A DNA stretch of 64,000 nucleotides, from the NCBI GenBank assembly GCA_029246985.1, contig JAQWMC010000033.1, positions 4,794 to 68,793 of the forward strand, in the 5' to 3' direction. Source of the stretch: Pirellulales bacterium (lineage in GTDB: Bacteria; Planctomycetota; Planctomycetia; Pirellulales; UBA1268). Position 1 is the first letter of the stretch, and each line of letters begins with the position of its first letter. The notes below the pieces were generated by a model. That model had not been told where the DNA came from. It saw only the letters and a list, made by a program, of their open reading frames with translations, and did no database searches. This document shows, piece after piece, positions 9,555 through 19,369 of the stretch. The position numbers and the translations under genes were made by a program.

Positions 9555-10334
9555 ATGCTTTCCCCTCGCGCTCTCATTCTTCGTGGACCTGGCACGAATT
9601 GTGACCATGAAACGGCTTACGCCTTTGAACGTGCCGGCGGCCATACGAAACGCATACACGTTCAGGCACTCGCTCAATCCCCTTCTCTTCTCGATGATTT
9701 CCAAATCTTTTGTATCCCTGGTGGCTTTTCATATGGTGATGATATTGCCAGCGGACGAATATTGGCGATTGAATTAAGCGAACGTCTTGGTGATACACTC
9801 CGACGCTTTCATGAAAGAGGTGGACTAATTCTCGGAATTTGCAATGGATTCCAGGTACTCTTGCAAACGGGACTGCTCACCCCCGATTCTACCTCTGGCA
9901 AACAAGCCGCCACGCTTACACGAAATGTCTCCGGAAGATTCATTGATTGCTGGGTACGATTACAAGCCACCCCGGGAAACTGTGTCTTTCTTCGTGGCCT
10001 GGACCACTTTGAATTGCCTGTTGCCCATGCCGAGGGACGCTTCACCACTGCTGACAAAACATTCCTCCAACAACTCGGCTCGCATGGCCAATTTGTACTC
10101 CACTATGCCAAGAACAGAGATGGGCAGCAGACCAACCCGAATGGATCCGAGCAAAACGTAGCCGGCATGTGTGATCGGACAGGCCGAATCTTCGGCCTCA
10201 TGCCTCACCCAGAACGCTTCATCGAAGCGACACAGCACCCCGCCTGGGCGGGCCGACTAGACCCTCATGCTGATGGTGCTGGCTTAAGATTTTTCCGCAA
10301 TGCACTGCGTGTAATAGGAAAAGATTTAGGTTGA
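9555..10334 (+). CDS. purQ: phosphoribosylformylglycinamidine synthase glutaminase subunit PurQ
   Basis: Class-I glutamine amidotransferase motifs are present (..FCIPGGFSYGDD.., ..GICNGFQVL.., ..MPHPER..). I prefer the ATG at 9555 (MLSPRALILRGPG..), which lies just after the purL stop, over the longer track ORF from 9501. Confidence 0.85.
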   Translation: MLSPRALILRGPGTNCDHETAYAFERAGGHTKRIHVQALAQSPSLLDDFQIFCIPGGFSYGDDIASGRILAIELSERLGDTLRRFHERGGLILGICNGFQVLLQTGLLTPDSTSGKQAATLTRNVSGRFIDCWVRLQATPGNCVFLRGLDHFELPVAHAEGRFTTADKTFLQQLGSHGQFVLHYAKNRDGQQTNPNGSEQNVAGMCDRTGRIFGLMPHPERFIEATQHPAWAGRLDPHADGAGLRFFRNALRVIGKDLG

Positions 10335-10409
10335 CCTCGAACAGCTGTTCTTCCTACTCTCTTCTCCCCAACTGTTTCCTTCCCTCAATCTCCTGCTGTC
10401 GGATGCGTC

Positions 10410-11345
10410 ATGGATACTCGGAGTCACACTTCCGTTGTCTATCTACAACTTCTGACAATTTTCGTACTCATATTTCTAGTGAGTAGTGGTTGCCAAACAC
10501 CGTTTGTTAATAGTTTTCTCACAACAGTAACAACTGAAGATCTTGCGGAACAATTCAGTGGTGTTTCAGATCAGTCGGCTTCTAGCAGTCATCTTGAAAC
10601 TATCCCTCTCGAGTTCACCTTCTTGCGCTATGCTGAAGAAGATATCGAACTTGGTGATGAACTATGGCAAGTTATTGATGAACAATGTTTACCAACAAGT
10701 CTTCGCCATCGTCTCAATGGAAACGGTATACGTGCTGGTGTTATCCGCGGTGATATCCCTACCGCACTAGCTAAACGCTTTTCTACTACTTTTGACACTG
10801 CTCAAGGCGAAGCTGACGACAGTCCGTTAGCGGCGGACAGAACCGTTGTAAAACGTGTAATTCAAACACTTCCTGGTCGCACAAACGAAATCGTTTCAAC
10901 TCCACGCCTTGAGGAACTCATCCTCTTAGAACATGACAGTCGGTCAACTGTCGACACTGTGTCGGGCCAAACCTACAGAGACGCCAGCGCAATATTTGAT
11001 GTTCGTGCGACACCATCCGCTGACGGAGGGATCGAGATCGAACTCATACCGCTTATTCGTCACGGACCTATTGAACGCAACTGGACTGGAGACGACGGCG
11101 CGTTTCGTCTCGAAGCTGGTCAACGTAAAACCGTTATGAACAAGCTGGAATTAAAACTACACCTACCAGCAGACGGCACACTCGTTCTTTCATCTGCTGG
11201 CCCTCCCTTATCCGGACTGGGCGATGCTTTCTTTCGTGATCCTCAAGGTCGCCACGAAGGACGCCGGCTTCTAGCCATACGATCGATGACACGAACAGTT
11301 GACCCTATGTTCTCTGAAAGTTCAGTGCCCCAGTCTCCAAACTGA
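10410..11345 (+). CDS. putative lipoprotein of unknown function; the C-terminal half has a secretin-like strand pattern
   Basis: 311 aa. The hydrophobic N-terminus ends in LVSSGC, which is lipobox-like. The C-terminal half contains ..IFDVRATPSADGGIEIELIPLIRHG.. and ..KLELKLHLPADGTLVLSSAG.. Confidence 0.5.
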   Translation: MDTRSHTSVVYLQLLTIFVLIFLVSSGCQTPFVNSFLTTVTTEDLAEQFSGVSDQSASSSHLETIPLEFTFLRYAEEDIELGDELWQVIDEQCLPTSLRHRLNGNGIRAGVIRGDIPTALAKRFSTTFDTAQGEADDSPLAADRTVVKRVIQTLPGRTNEIVSTPRLEELILLEHDSRSTVDTVSGQTYRDASAIFDVRATPSADGGIEIELIPLIRHGPIERNWTGDDGAFRLEAGQRKTVMNKLELKLHLPADGTLVLSSAGPPLSGLGDAFFRDPQGRHEGRRLLAIRSMTRTVDPMFSESSVPQSPN

Positions 11346-11541
11346 CAAAATGGGCAGTTTTGGAGGTCCAAAGGGCTTTCTTTCTGGTGGATTGGTTCGA
11401 ACGTGACATTTATGCCGATGTCAATTCATAGGTAGCTTTTATTTCGTCAGTCAAAGACCTGTAAGAGAAGTGTCTCTCTGACTGACACTGTATTCCAAGA
11501 GTTCTGGTGAACAAAAACTCTACGGCCCACAAGGCAAAGCA

Positions 11542-13425
11542 ATGAGTAGCAACGGCATAAAAAAACCCACGAATAAAACGCTTCAGCGACCCAAAGCGAG
11601 TACCGTTTTTGCTGCTGCTTTCCTCGCTGGTGCAGCTGCTGCAGTTGGTGTCAATCGTGCTTTAGATGTCCACATTGCCCAAAACGTACCTCAGGTAGAA
11701 AGTGAATCTATTTTTGTTGCTCTTCGATCGCTGCCAAAAGGTTCGCCTGTCACAATCTATGACGTAGCCCTCCGTGATTGGCCGGTTGCCATGCTTCCCA
11801 CAACTGCATTACGGTCTGACGCAACGTTTGAAGGAATAGTGCTTCGTCACCCCCTCCGTGAAGGCCAGCCCGTGCTTTCTCTTCAACTTGTGAAAACCAC
11901 CTCCGAACAACAGCAGCAAATTGCGGCTGTAACACAAGCAACACAAAGAACAAACCAACCACAAAGAACAACTGCCCCTGCTTTTATTCCCTACAAAGCT
12001 GCACCACCAATTCCAGCGACACTAGCTTCTGCACAAAAGCAGATGACAGAACATGCTGCAAAAGATTTAAAAACGCAAGTGCCGGCAACGAAACAATCAA
12101 CGTCTGATAATCAACCAAAGGCTCAAAAAAATACGTCCGTGGAAGACGTTGTATCCGTCGACGCAACTCCGGATTTAGTGCAATCGAAAGATATTCAAGG
12201 CACGCTTCCTGAACCACTTCAAAAAGAAAAGGGTGACCGTATAGGAGACGATCTTGTACTCACCGAGCAAACAGTTCCAGACGAAGTGGCACACAACGTA
12301 AAACCACTCCATCAAGAGCTTCCATCAGCTTTCGAGGATATAGCCATGGAGTCGGCTGAGGTGGTCGATGAAAAAAGTGATGTCATTGAAAATCCAGTGG
12401 AAGACGTTCCTGCCGAAACGACAAAAGAGCAACTTGCTTCACAAACAGGCATTCGGGCTCATGACAGTCCCTTGATTCAAATGGCTGAGGTCGATGATAC
12501 AAAAGTCGAAGTTGTATCAGAAGTTGCGTTAACAGAGGCAGACCCTCTCTCGACACCGACTGAGGAAGATAATGCTGTCAAGCAAGAAGCAACTCCCGAG
12601 AAATCACTCGCAACAACTCCTGACACCACCGCTTCTCAACAACCTGACATTGTTTCAGCAAGTACAAATAGCGGAAATGTTTTAGACACTGAAGCCCCTA
12701 CTTCGAAGAAGCCGACTTTGGCTCCACCATCAGTAGAACCAGTAGACATAACACAGTCGATTCTTGCTGAAGCAGAAAATCGAAAGAACACCGCGCAAGA
12801 CGCTCCCCAAAAGACTTCTGTTGCCGCCTTACCACCAAAACTTGCACCAACAGTTGCACCAGATAGATCTACCGAGGGAAGGTCGGCAACAGCAAAAGTA
12901 AGCCCACAGACAATGAGATACCTCGTTGTTCCGGAGCGGATCGCCGTTCAGGTTGATCAGGCTTTCACTACCCCACAGCAAGTAACGCCACCTGCTCGTC
13001 CGGCCAAAGCAACCCGCCCCGTCCAAGGCAATAATGTTCAGCCACTTCCAAAGACGACAGCGGCACGAACGAGATCGTCGCAACAGACTGTTCTTCAAAA
13101 TCGCCAGCCTCCAAAAGCATCTGCTCCATCTCAAGCCCGGCAACTGCAAGCAACAACAGGAAATGCACCACGCTCGCAACGAAACCCAAATGGGGAACGT
13201 TCAAGCCAGGTAGCGTCTCGTGAATCGAACAAAGACACGTCAAAAGAGCCCCTTCTACGATCATTTTTTCCGAAAATTTCAGCTGGCCTTAGTGCCGTGG
13301 GGCAGGAATGGCGAGGGTTTCGAGATGGCACAGAAACCTCGGAAGAGAACGAAAATAGCCGACAGGCAAAGCAGAATGAGCCAAGACAGCAGCGATCTGC
13401 TTCACGCCCTCAACAGTCAAGATAA
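11542..13425 (+). CDS. membrane-anchored CpaB/SAF-domain-like protein with a roughly 480-aa low-complexity tail
   Basis: 627 aa with an N-terminal TM segment (VFAAAFLAGAAAAVGV). A SAF/CpaB-like segment follows (..IFVALRSLPKGSPVTIYDVALRDWPVAMLPTTAL..GIVLRHPLREGQPVLSLQLV). The rest is a Pro/Thr/Gln/Ala/Ser-rich region. Confidence 0.55.
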   Translation: MSSNGIKKPTNKTLQRPKASTVFAAAFLAGAAAAVGVNRALDVHIAQNVPQVESESIFVALRSLPKGSPVTIYDVALRDWPVAMLPTTALRSDATFEGIVLRHPLREGQPVLSLQLVKTTSEQQQQIAAVTQATQRTNQPQRTTAPAFIPYKAAPPIPATLASAQKQMTEHAAKDLKTQVPATKQSTSDNQPKAQKNTSVEDVVSVDATPDLVQSKDIQGTLPEPLQKEKGDRIGDDLVLTEQTVPDEVAHNVKPLHQELPSAFEDIAMESAEVVDEKSDVIENPVEDVPAETTKEQLASQTGIRAHDSPLIQMAEVDDTKVEVVSEVALTEADPLSTPTEEDNAVKQEATPEKSLATTPDTTASQQPDIVSASTNSGNVLDTEAPTSKKPTLAPPSVEPVDITQSILAEAENRKNTAQDAPQKTSVAALPPKLAPTVAPDRSTEGRSATAKVSPQTMRYLVVPERIAVQVDQAFTTPQQVTPPARPAKATRPVQGNNVQPLPKTTAARTRSSQQTVLQNRQPPKASAPSQARQLQATTGNAPRSQRNPNGERSSQVASRESNKDTSKEPLLRSFFPKISAGLSAVGQEWRGFRDGTETSEENENSRQAKQNEPRQQRSASRPQQSR

Positions 13426-13441
13426 TTAGGTGAGCTATCGT

Positions 13442-13951
13442 TCATTGGGATGAACGGACGAGTCCGGAAATACCGATAAGTCCGCAAACAGCTGCAACTC
13501 CGCTTAAGAGTAAAAGCACCCAGGAAGCCCCCTGCTTCAGATATGTCTGCTGAGCATATTGTTTTTCAACAACCCACTGGGGGCGCTCTACTGTTGCTTT
13601 GGAAAGATGGTTTTTCCACGCATCATAGATCTCAGCATTCGTTTTTTTGGTCATTTGCTCACGAATGGCTGCAGCTTGGACCGGTGATTGTGTTGGTAAA
13701 CGAAGCCAGACACCTGCTACCATAAATACGAGAAATCCCACGAATCCAAGAAGAACAAGGCCCTTCGAGCTATTCCACGCTGGATGACCACCAGCGTCAG
13801 GTTCTTCGGCCAGTGGAAGCCTTGATAGTACGCCAAATTTCGGTACTGCAAGGCGATTACCGCACCCACTGCATAGAATCTCCCCCCCGGCTTGCCCGGC
13901 ACGAACGGGTACCATTTCACCGCACTGACAGGTTAATTGATATTCTTTCAC
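13442..13951 (-). CDS. zinc-ribbon membrane protein of unknown function
   Basis: 169 aa. The N-terminus has a CxC..CxxC ribbon (CQCGEMVPVRAGQAGGEILCSGCG). There are two TM segments, one central and one C-terminal. Confidence 0.5.
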   Translation of the reverse strand: MKEYQLTCQCGEMVPVRAGQAGGEILCSGCGNRLAVPKFGVLSRLPLAEEPDAGGHPAWNSSKGLVLLGFVGFLVFMVAGVWLRLPTQSPVQAAAIREQMTKKTNAEIYDAWKNHLSKATVERPQWVVEKQYAQQTYLKQGASWVLLLLSGVAAVCGLIGISGLVRSSQ

Positions 13952-14645
13952 GGTTGAGAAACCTTTGAATTCGCCCGAAGATTCACCACTGTCCTACTGT
14001 TTTACCATCGCTCGTCGCACGACCGCTACTTTGTGCGCGGTTTGCCATGAGAAAAACTCGCTTTTCAATCTTTGGGACTGCATAATCAGTTGTCTACCGA
14101 GTCAATCAGGCCTCCGAAAACCTGTCTTGGCAACCCTTCACGTTCCTTATTCGAGAGCAACGAGACGCTCGCCAGCAAGATCAACCAACCCCCGAAAAAT
14201 AACACTTTGAACCAACCATTTCCCTCCAGATCTTGTTTTGACGCTTGATTCAGGCGTGAAACTGCCTTTCTTTTGCCCCATCCACCCAACTCTTCCAATC
14301 TTCAGAAAATTGAGTTTTTTTCCACACTGGACTTGTTCGCTACTTGAATCACACTGTCCACCACGCGAATGATGTTCAGGGAAGGTCAAAACAAAAGACG
14401 CGCCCATCGCATAATGCCCTCAAACCACGCTTAACACGATAAAATGTCTTCTGCAAACCTTCTGATTTTGACCTTACGACACCGCTATTTATCTCCCGCC
14501 GATTGTTGTTCCTTTCACCGTTTTATTCCCATTAGCCCATTCATTCCATCCGTTTCTTGAGCTACCGTCTGGTATCTCATGAAATGACAACTAGGATCTG
14601 GTTACCTTCCGTTTTTCAGTTGTTGGAAATTAAAGGAGTTCTGAC

Positions 14646-16271
14646 TTGTACGATTCGCTCTTGGACGAACTTGAAGATGATGTTGTTGCCCGCCCCAGAG
14701 AGGTTGAGGAACTTGGCGATAAAGTTGCTGAGGCTGAAGAAGCAGAAGCAATTCTCGACCATGGTACTACAGAATCGGATTTGAGTACTCCGGACGATAG
14801 CAATCAAATTAACGCTGCCGGCCAATCCACTTCACCAGCTAAAGTCAGTGGAACAGTCGATGAAAATGAGGCTGAAGATGCACTTGCCGATCAAATAGAA
14901 AATTGGTCAGACGATCCCGTCCGTATGTACCTGACACAAATGGGAGAAATCCCACTTCTTACCAGAGCTCAGGAAATCTATCTTGCTCGACAGATTGAAA
15001 CAACTCGAGCACAGTTTCGCGCAAAACTTCTTGAATGTGAATACGTATGCCTGAATGCCTATAAGGTGCTGAGTCGTGTCCACCGGGGTGAACTTCCTTT
15101 TGATCGCACGGTACAAGTTTCGGTAACGGATCGTTTAGAAAAAGAACAAATTCTTGGACGCCTCCCTCATAATCTTCAAACTCTTGAGGTATTGATTGGT
15201 CAGAATAAAGCAGATTACCGCATAGCTCTTTCGAAACGTTCCCGAACAACCGAGCGTCGGAAAGCATGGGGCCGATTAGGACGCCGACGCAAACGCTGTG
15301 TTCGCTTGATTGAAGAACTTGGCCTGCGTACCCAGCGCATAGAAACCATGATTCCAACTCTCAATGGATTTATCCGTCGTCTGAGAGAACTCAAAATCAA
15401 GATAGATGCCCACAAAAGAACCAAACAGCCAGCTTCGAACAGGCAAAACCTTGTCGACGAGTACCGAGCAATTCTTAAAGCATGCCAGGAAACACCACGT
15501 AGCCTGAAGCGTCGCATGAAAGAGATAAATGAGATTTTTGCTCGCTACCAACGGGCAAAAAGAGGGCTTTCCGAAGGTAATCTTCGGCTTGTTGTATCGA
15601 TTGCGAAAAAATATCGGAATCGTGGCCTTTCGTTTCTCGACTTGATTCAGGAAGGAAATGCTGGCTTGATGCGTGCCGTTGACAAGTTTGAATATCGGCG
15701 TGGGTTTAAGTTCTGTACATATGCCACGTGGTGGATCCGGCAGGCAATTACAAGAGCCGTCGCGGACCAGAGCCGTACCATTCGAATTCCTGTTCACATG
15801 GTTGAAACGATGAGCCGTGTCCGAAATGTGGCTCGTCAACTTCTGCAGGAATATGGTCGTGAACCAACCATTGAAGAAATAGCCGCTCGAGCAGGAACAC
15901 CGGTTGATGAGACTCGTCGTGTAACAGCAATGAGTCGTTACCCAATCAGTCTGGATCGGCCTGTTGGCAACAGTGAAGACAGTCACTTCGGCGATCTACT
16001 TCCTGACACTGGCGCAGAGAATCCCGCTGTTGGTGCTGCCCAAGAAATGCTTCGCAATCGTATCTCAAAAGTCCTCAAAAGCCTTTCCTATCGTGAGCGA
16101 GAAATCATTAAGCTCCGATATGGTCTCGGTGATGGCTATAGCTACACACTGGAAGAAGTTGGACATATCTTCAAGGTGACAAGAGAGCGTATCCGGCAAA
16201 TCGAAGCCAAGGCAGTTCGTAAACTTCAAGCACCTGCTCGCAGCGAAGAACTTTCGGGCTTCATAGACTAA
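14646..16271 (+). CDS. rpoD: RNA polymerase primary sigma-70 factor
   Basis: 541 aa with an acidic N-terminus. Region 1.2, 2, 3 and 4 signatures are present (..[11 protein letters not shown].., ..[51 protein letters not shown].., ..[20 protein letters not shown]..). The TTG start is preceded by AAGGAG (14631-14636). Confidence 0.9.
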   Translation: MYDSLLDELEDDVVARPREVEELGDKVAEAEEAEAILDHGTTESDLSTPDDSNQINAAGQSTSPAKVSGTVDENEAEDALADQIENWSDDPVRMYLTQMGEIPLLTRAQEIYLARQIETTRAQFRAKLLECEYVCLNAYKVLSRVHRGELPFDRTVQVSVTDRLEKEQILGRLPHNLQTLEVLIGQNKADYRIALSKRSRTTERRKAWGRLGRRRKRCVRLIEELGLRTQRIETMIPTLNGFIRRLRELKIKIDAHKRTKQPASNRQNLVDEYRAILKACQETPRSLKRRMKEINEIFARYQRAKRGLSEGNLRLVVSIAKKYRNRGLSFLDLIQEGNAGLMRAVDKFEYRRGFKFCTYATWWIRQAITRAVADQSRTIRIPVHMVETMSRVRNVARQLLQEYGREPTIEEIAARAGTPVDETRRVTAMSRYPISLDRPVGNSEDSHFGDLLPDTGAENPAVGAAQEMLRNRISKVLKSLSYREREIIKLRYGLGDGYSYTLEEVGHIFKVTRERIRQIEAKAVRKLQAPARSEELSGFID

Positions 16272-16314
16272 AAACGTCTTGCTTATACCACTGGTATCCT
16301 GACAAAAGGGTTCC

Positions 16315-18003
16315 ATGATTTATCACGGTATCACGAGTACGAATTTCTTACATAGTCCCTTCGACTTGTATGGGATTGCAACAGTGCTTGTAACAGTGAG
16401 ATTTGTGATGCACGGGCCTGTCCAACGACTCTTAAAAACTCTTTTTTTGTTGGCTGGAATCATCGCGTTCGTGGGCGGTCCTCGACCGGTCATGGCGAAC
16501 CCCAAAGAACTGATTGCGAATAAGCCCACGCTCTCTACGAAGGACAAAAAAGAAGCCCTGCATGAAATCTGTGAAGCAACGGCGAGAAATGGTTACTTCT
16601 CCGGTGTAGTCCTCGTTGCTGAAAACGGTCAAGTAATCTATCGGAAAGCATTTGGCCTGGCAAACCGAGAATGGGAAATACCAAACTCAATCGAGACAAA
16701 ATTTCGTCTCGCGTCTGTAAGCAAACAGTTTTGCAGCATGATTGTCATGCAACTCATACAGGATGGAAAACTGAACCTAAATGACTCGATCACAAACTAT
16801 CTCCCCTCGTATCGGCAAGATACTGGAGAGCGAGTTACTATCCATCACCTATTGGCACATCAGTCCGGGATTCCTGATTTCACAAGTTCTTTTGACTATC
16901 GCAACACAACTGCTCGTCTTTTGTTTGAAAAAGATGAGTTTATCAAGCGGTTCTGCAGTGGTGACCTTACGCATAACCCTGGAGAACTTTACAGCTACAG
17001 TAACGCCGGGTATGTAATTCTTGGGCGCATTATTGAAAAAGTGACAAAAAAGTCTTACGACCACAACCTACGTGATCGGATCACACAACCACTCGGCATG
17101 GCAAACACCGGATATGACAGCCCTCACGAACTGCTTACCAAACGGGCCTGTGGATATACGCACGGGCCCTTTCGGGTTCAAAATGCACCCTATATCGAAA
17201 TGAATCCTGCTCCCGGTGCAGCAGGAGCTATCTATTCGACCGTCGATGATTTGTTCGCATGGGATCGAGCACTCGCTACGGACAAACTTCTTAAGGAGAA
17301 TCTCCGTGATCTGATGTTCACGCCAAATACATCAGTCCCCGAATGTCAGGCCGCAGGTGGAAGACAACACAGTAACTATGGCTACGGCTGGCGGATCTAC
17401 AACGTCATTCATCCAACGACTCAGGAAAAAACCCGTGTCATCAATCACGGTGGCGCAATCAGTGGTTTCCGCGCGCTCGTGAACAGAATACCTAGCAGAA
17501 ATGCTTTTGTAGCTCTTTTGTGCAACCAGGGTGATCCGCCGGGGTCGAACGCCGTGTGGCTTACTTTAAACCGCATGAACACAGAGATCATTCATGTTGT
17601 CACAGAGCAACCATATAAAATCCCTCAGAATCCACCGCGGTCGCAAGACCAGCGACTGTATCAACTGGTTTGCAGCAAGGGAGTTGATACTGCAATCTCA
17701 TGGTTTGAGGAGAAAGGAAAAAAGAATCCAAGGGGCGGATCATTTGCAACTGCTGCGAGTGAGTTGCTGCGATCTGGGAAACTCAAAGAGGCCATTCGTT
17801 TATACGAGTACGACATCCTTCAAACGCCAAATAAAGTGTGGCTTTACCGTAAACTTGCAGACACTTATATACAGAGCGGGCAGTTGGAAAAAGCAGCGAA
17901 TATAGTAGGTCAAGCGTTAACAATCAGACCAGGCGACGAACGTTTGATCGGCCTTCAAAATGAGATTCGTTACAGTTTTTCTCCGAAAAGTCCCCGGCCA
18001 TAA
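16315..18003 (+). CDS. serine hydrolase (beta-lactamase/PBP family) with a C-terminal TPR-like region
   Basis: 562 aa with an SxxK motif (SVSKQF), a YSN motif and an HGG-type motif (..INHGGAISGF..). An alternative start at 16408 (MHGPVQRLL..) would give a signal peptide. Confidence 0.8.
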   Translation: MIYHGITSTNFLHSPFDLYGIATVLVTVRFVMHGPVQRLLKTLFLLAGIIAFVGGPRPVMANPKELIANKPTLSTKDKKEALHEICEATARNGYFSGVVLVAENGQVIYRKAFGLANREWEIPNSIETKFRLASVSKQFCSMIVMQLIQDGKLNLNDSITNYLPSYRQDTGERVTIHHLLAHQSGIPDFTSSFDYRNTTARLLFEKDEFIKRFCSGDLTHNPGELYSYSNAGYVILGRIIEKVTKKSYDHNLRDRITQPLGMANTGYDSPHELLTKRACGYTHGPFRVQNAPYIEMNPAPGAAGAIYSTVDDLFAWDRALATDKLLKENLRDLMFTPNTSVPECQAAGGRQHSNYGYGWRIYNVIHPTTQEKTRVINHGGAISGFRALVNRIPSRNAFVALLCNQGDPPGSNAVWLTLNRMNTEIIHVVTEQPYKIPQNPPRSQDQRLYQLVCSKGVDTAISWFEEKGKKNPRGGSFATAASELLRSGKLKEAIRLYEYDILQTPNKVWLYRKLADTYIQSGQLEKAANIVGQALTIRPGDERLIGLQNEIRYSFSPKSPRP

Positions 18004-18058
18004 AGGTTGTACATTGAAAATTGCACGGTACGTTATATTGAAATATTTAGACACAACG

Positions 18059-18607
18059 ATGGAGTTTTCAATGTTTCGCATACTTGCTGCTTTCTTATTC
18101 GCTATCACTACCGGACTTGGGTTCACTGCTGAGCCTACTATTTCTTTTCCAAAAACAACGATCGACATCGGCATGGTGGTGAGCGACATTGATGCCTCTG
18201 TTGCGTTTTATACCAAAGGTATCGGCTTTCAGCAGGCAGAGGGTTTTCAGGTAGATTCTGATCTTGCCAAAGCCGCGGGTCTTACTGACAACAAACCGCT
18301 TGATGTCCGAGTGCTTGTTTTGGGAAATGACAAAGCAGCAACAAAGCTAAAGCTGATGCAGATTGCTGGAACATCACCGCGATCCGATGACACTGCCTTT
18401 ATTCACTCTCATACTGGATTTCGCTATCTTACGATCGTTGTTGCAGACACGTCGGTATTACTCAGTCGCCTAAAGCAGCTTGGTGTAGAACCTCTTGCAA
18501 AGTCTCCCGTCACACTTCCTGAGAATCTTGTTCCCGGAATGTCTCTGACGTGCGTGAAAGATCCAGATGGGAATATTGTTGAACTTATAGGTCCAACACC
18601 TGAGTGA
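18059..18607 (+). CDS. secreted VOC (glyoxalase/bleomycin-resistance fold) family protein
   Basis: I prefer the ATG at 18059 (MEFSMFRILAAFLFAITTG..), which gives a signal peptide. A VOC-like pattern runs from ..IDIGMVVSDIDASVAFY.. to ..CVKDPDGNIVELI. Confidence 0.65.
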   Translation: MEFSMFRILAAFLFAITTGLGFTAEPTISFPKTTIDIGMVVSDIDASVAFYTKGIGFQQAEGFQVDSDLAKAAGLTDNKPLDVRVLVLGNDKAATKLKLMQIAGTSPRSDDTAFIHSHTGFRYLTIVVADTSVLLSRLKQLGVEPLAKSPVTLPENLVPGMSLTCVKDPDGNIVELIGPTPE

Positions 18608-18619
18608 TAATGAATTTGG

Positions 18620-19321
18620 TTAACGTACTGGAATAACTTCAGCACGTTCGAGCCAAACAAGTACTTGTTGGGCGAGTACCTGTGGACTATTTGTAGTAGA
18701 TTCAACCGTGATTTCTGCACTTTCTGGCTCTTCATAAGGGTCATCGATTCCGGTGAATCCCTTAATTTCACCAGCACGGGCTTTTTTGTAGAGTCCTTTA
18801 GGATCACGACTCTCACAGATGTCTAAGGGCGCTTTGACATATACCTCGACAAAGTCTGTCTCTGGTAACATTTTTCGTACTGCTTCACGATCACTACGAT
18901 AGGGGCTAATAAATGCCGTGAGCGTAATGATTCCAGCCTGAGTAAAGAGTTCTGCAACTGCCCCGACCCGACGAATATTCTCCTTACGGTCTTCTGCTCC
19001 AAAGCCAAGGCCAAATCGCTTCGCGAACGGCTGACCGTGAATTGTTTCAAGAAGGTTGGGAGAAGCATTCAGACCATGACGCACATTATCTCCGTCGAGA
19101 ATGAAACTGCGATGACCACGAGCATGCAACTGCTTGTCAACTTCGTTAGCAAGAGTGCTTTTTCCCGATCCTGATAAGCCGGTAAACCAAATGACACAGC
19201 CCCGGTGGCCTGCACTACTTTCACGTTGATTCCGACTGATTGTAGCTACATGCCACCGAACATCGACCTCTTCGGTAGCGTCATTCTGTTTACCACGAGA
19301 GCCTTCTATTGGTTTATTCAA
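18620..19321 (-). CDS. cysC: adenylyl-sulfate (APS) kinase
   Basis: 233 aa. The P-loop and APS-kinase signature are present (..GCVIWFTGLSGSGKSTLA..ILDGDNVRHGLN..). Confidence 0.9.
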   Translation of the reverse strand: MNKPIEGSRGKQNDATEEVDVRWHVATISRNQRESSAGHRGCVIWFTGLSGSGKSTLANEVDKQLHARGHRSFILDGDNVRHGLNASPNLLETIHGQPFAKRFGLGFGAEDRKENIRRVGAVAELFTQAGIITLTAFISPYRSDREAVRKMLPETDFVEVYVKAPLDICESRDPKGLYKKARAGEIKGFTGIDDPYEEPESAEITVESTTNSPQVLAQQVLVWLERAEVIPVR

Positions 19322-19369
19322 TTCAATGTCCTCACCTGCTAAATCAATATTTTTGCTGAAGTTGGCTAC

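Noticed and set aside
15276-15986. A 236-aa ORF antisense to rpoD.
   Set aside because: - It is entirely embedded in a gene with unmistakable sigma-70 motifs.
- Its product has no recognisable features.
- Long antisense ORFs are expected by chance in moderately GC-rich coding DNA.
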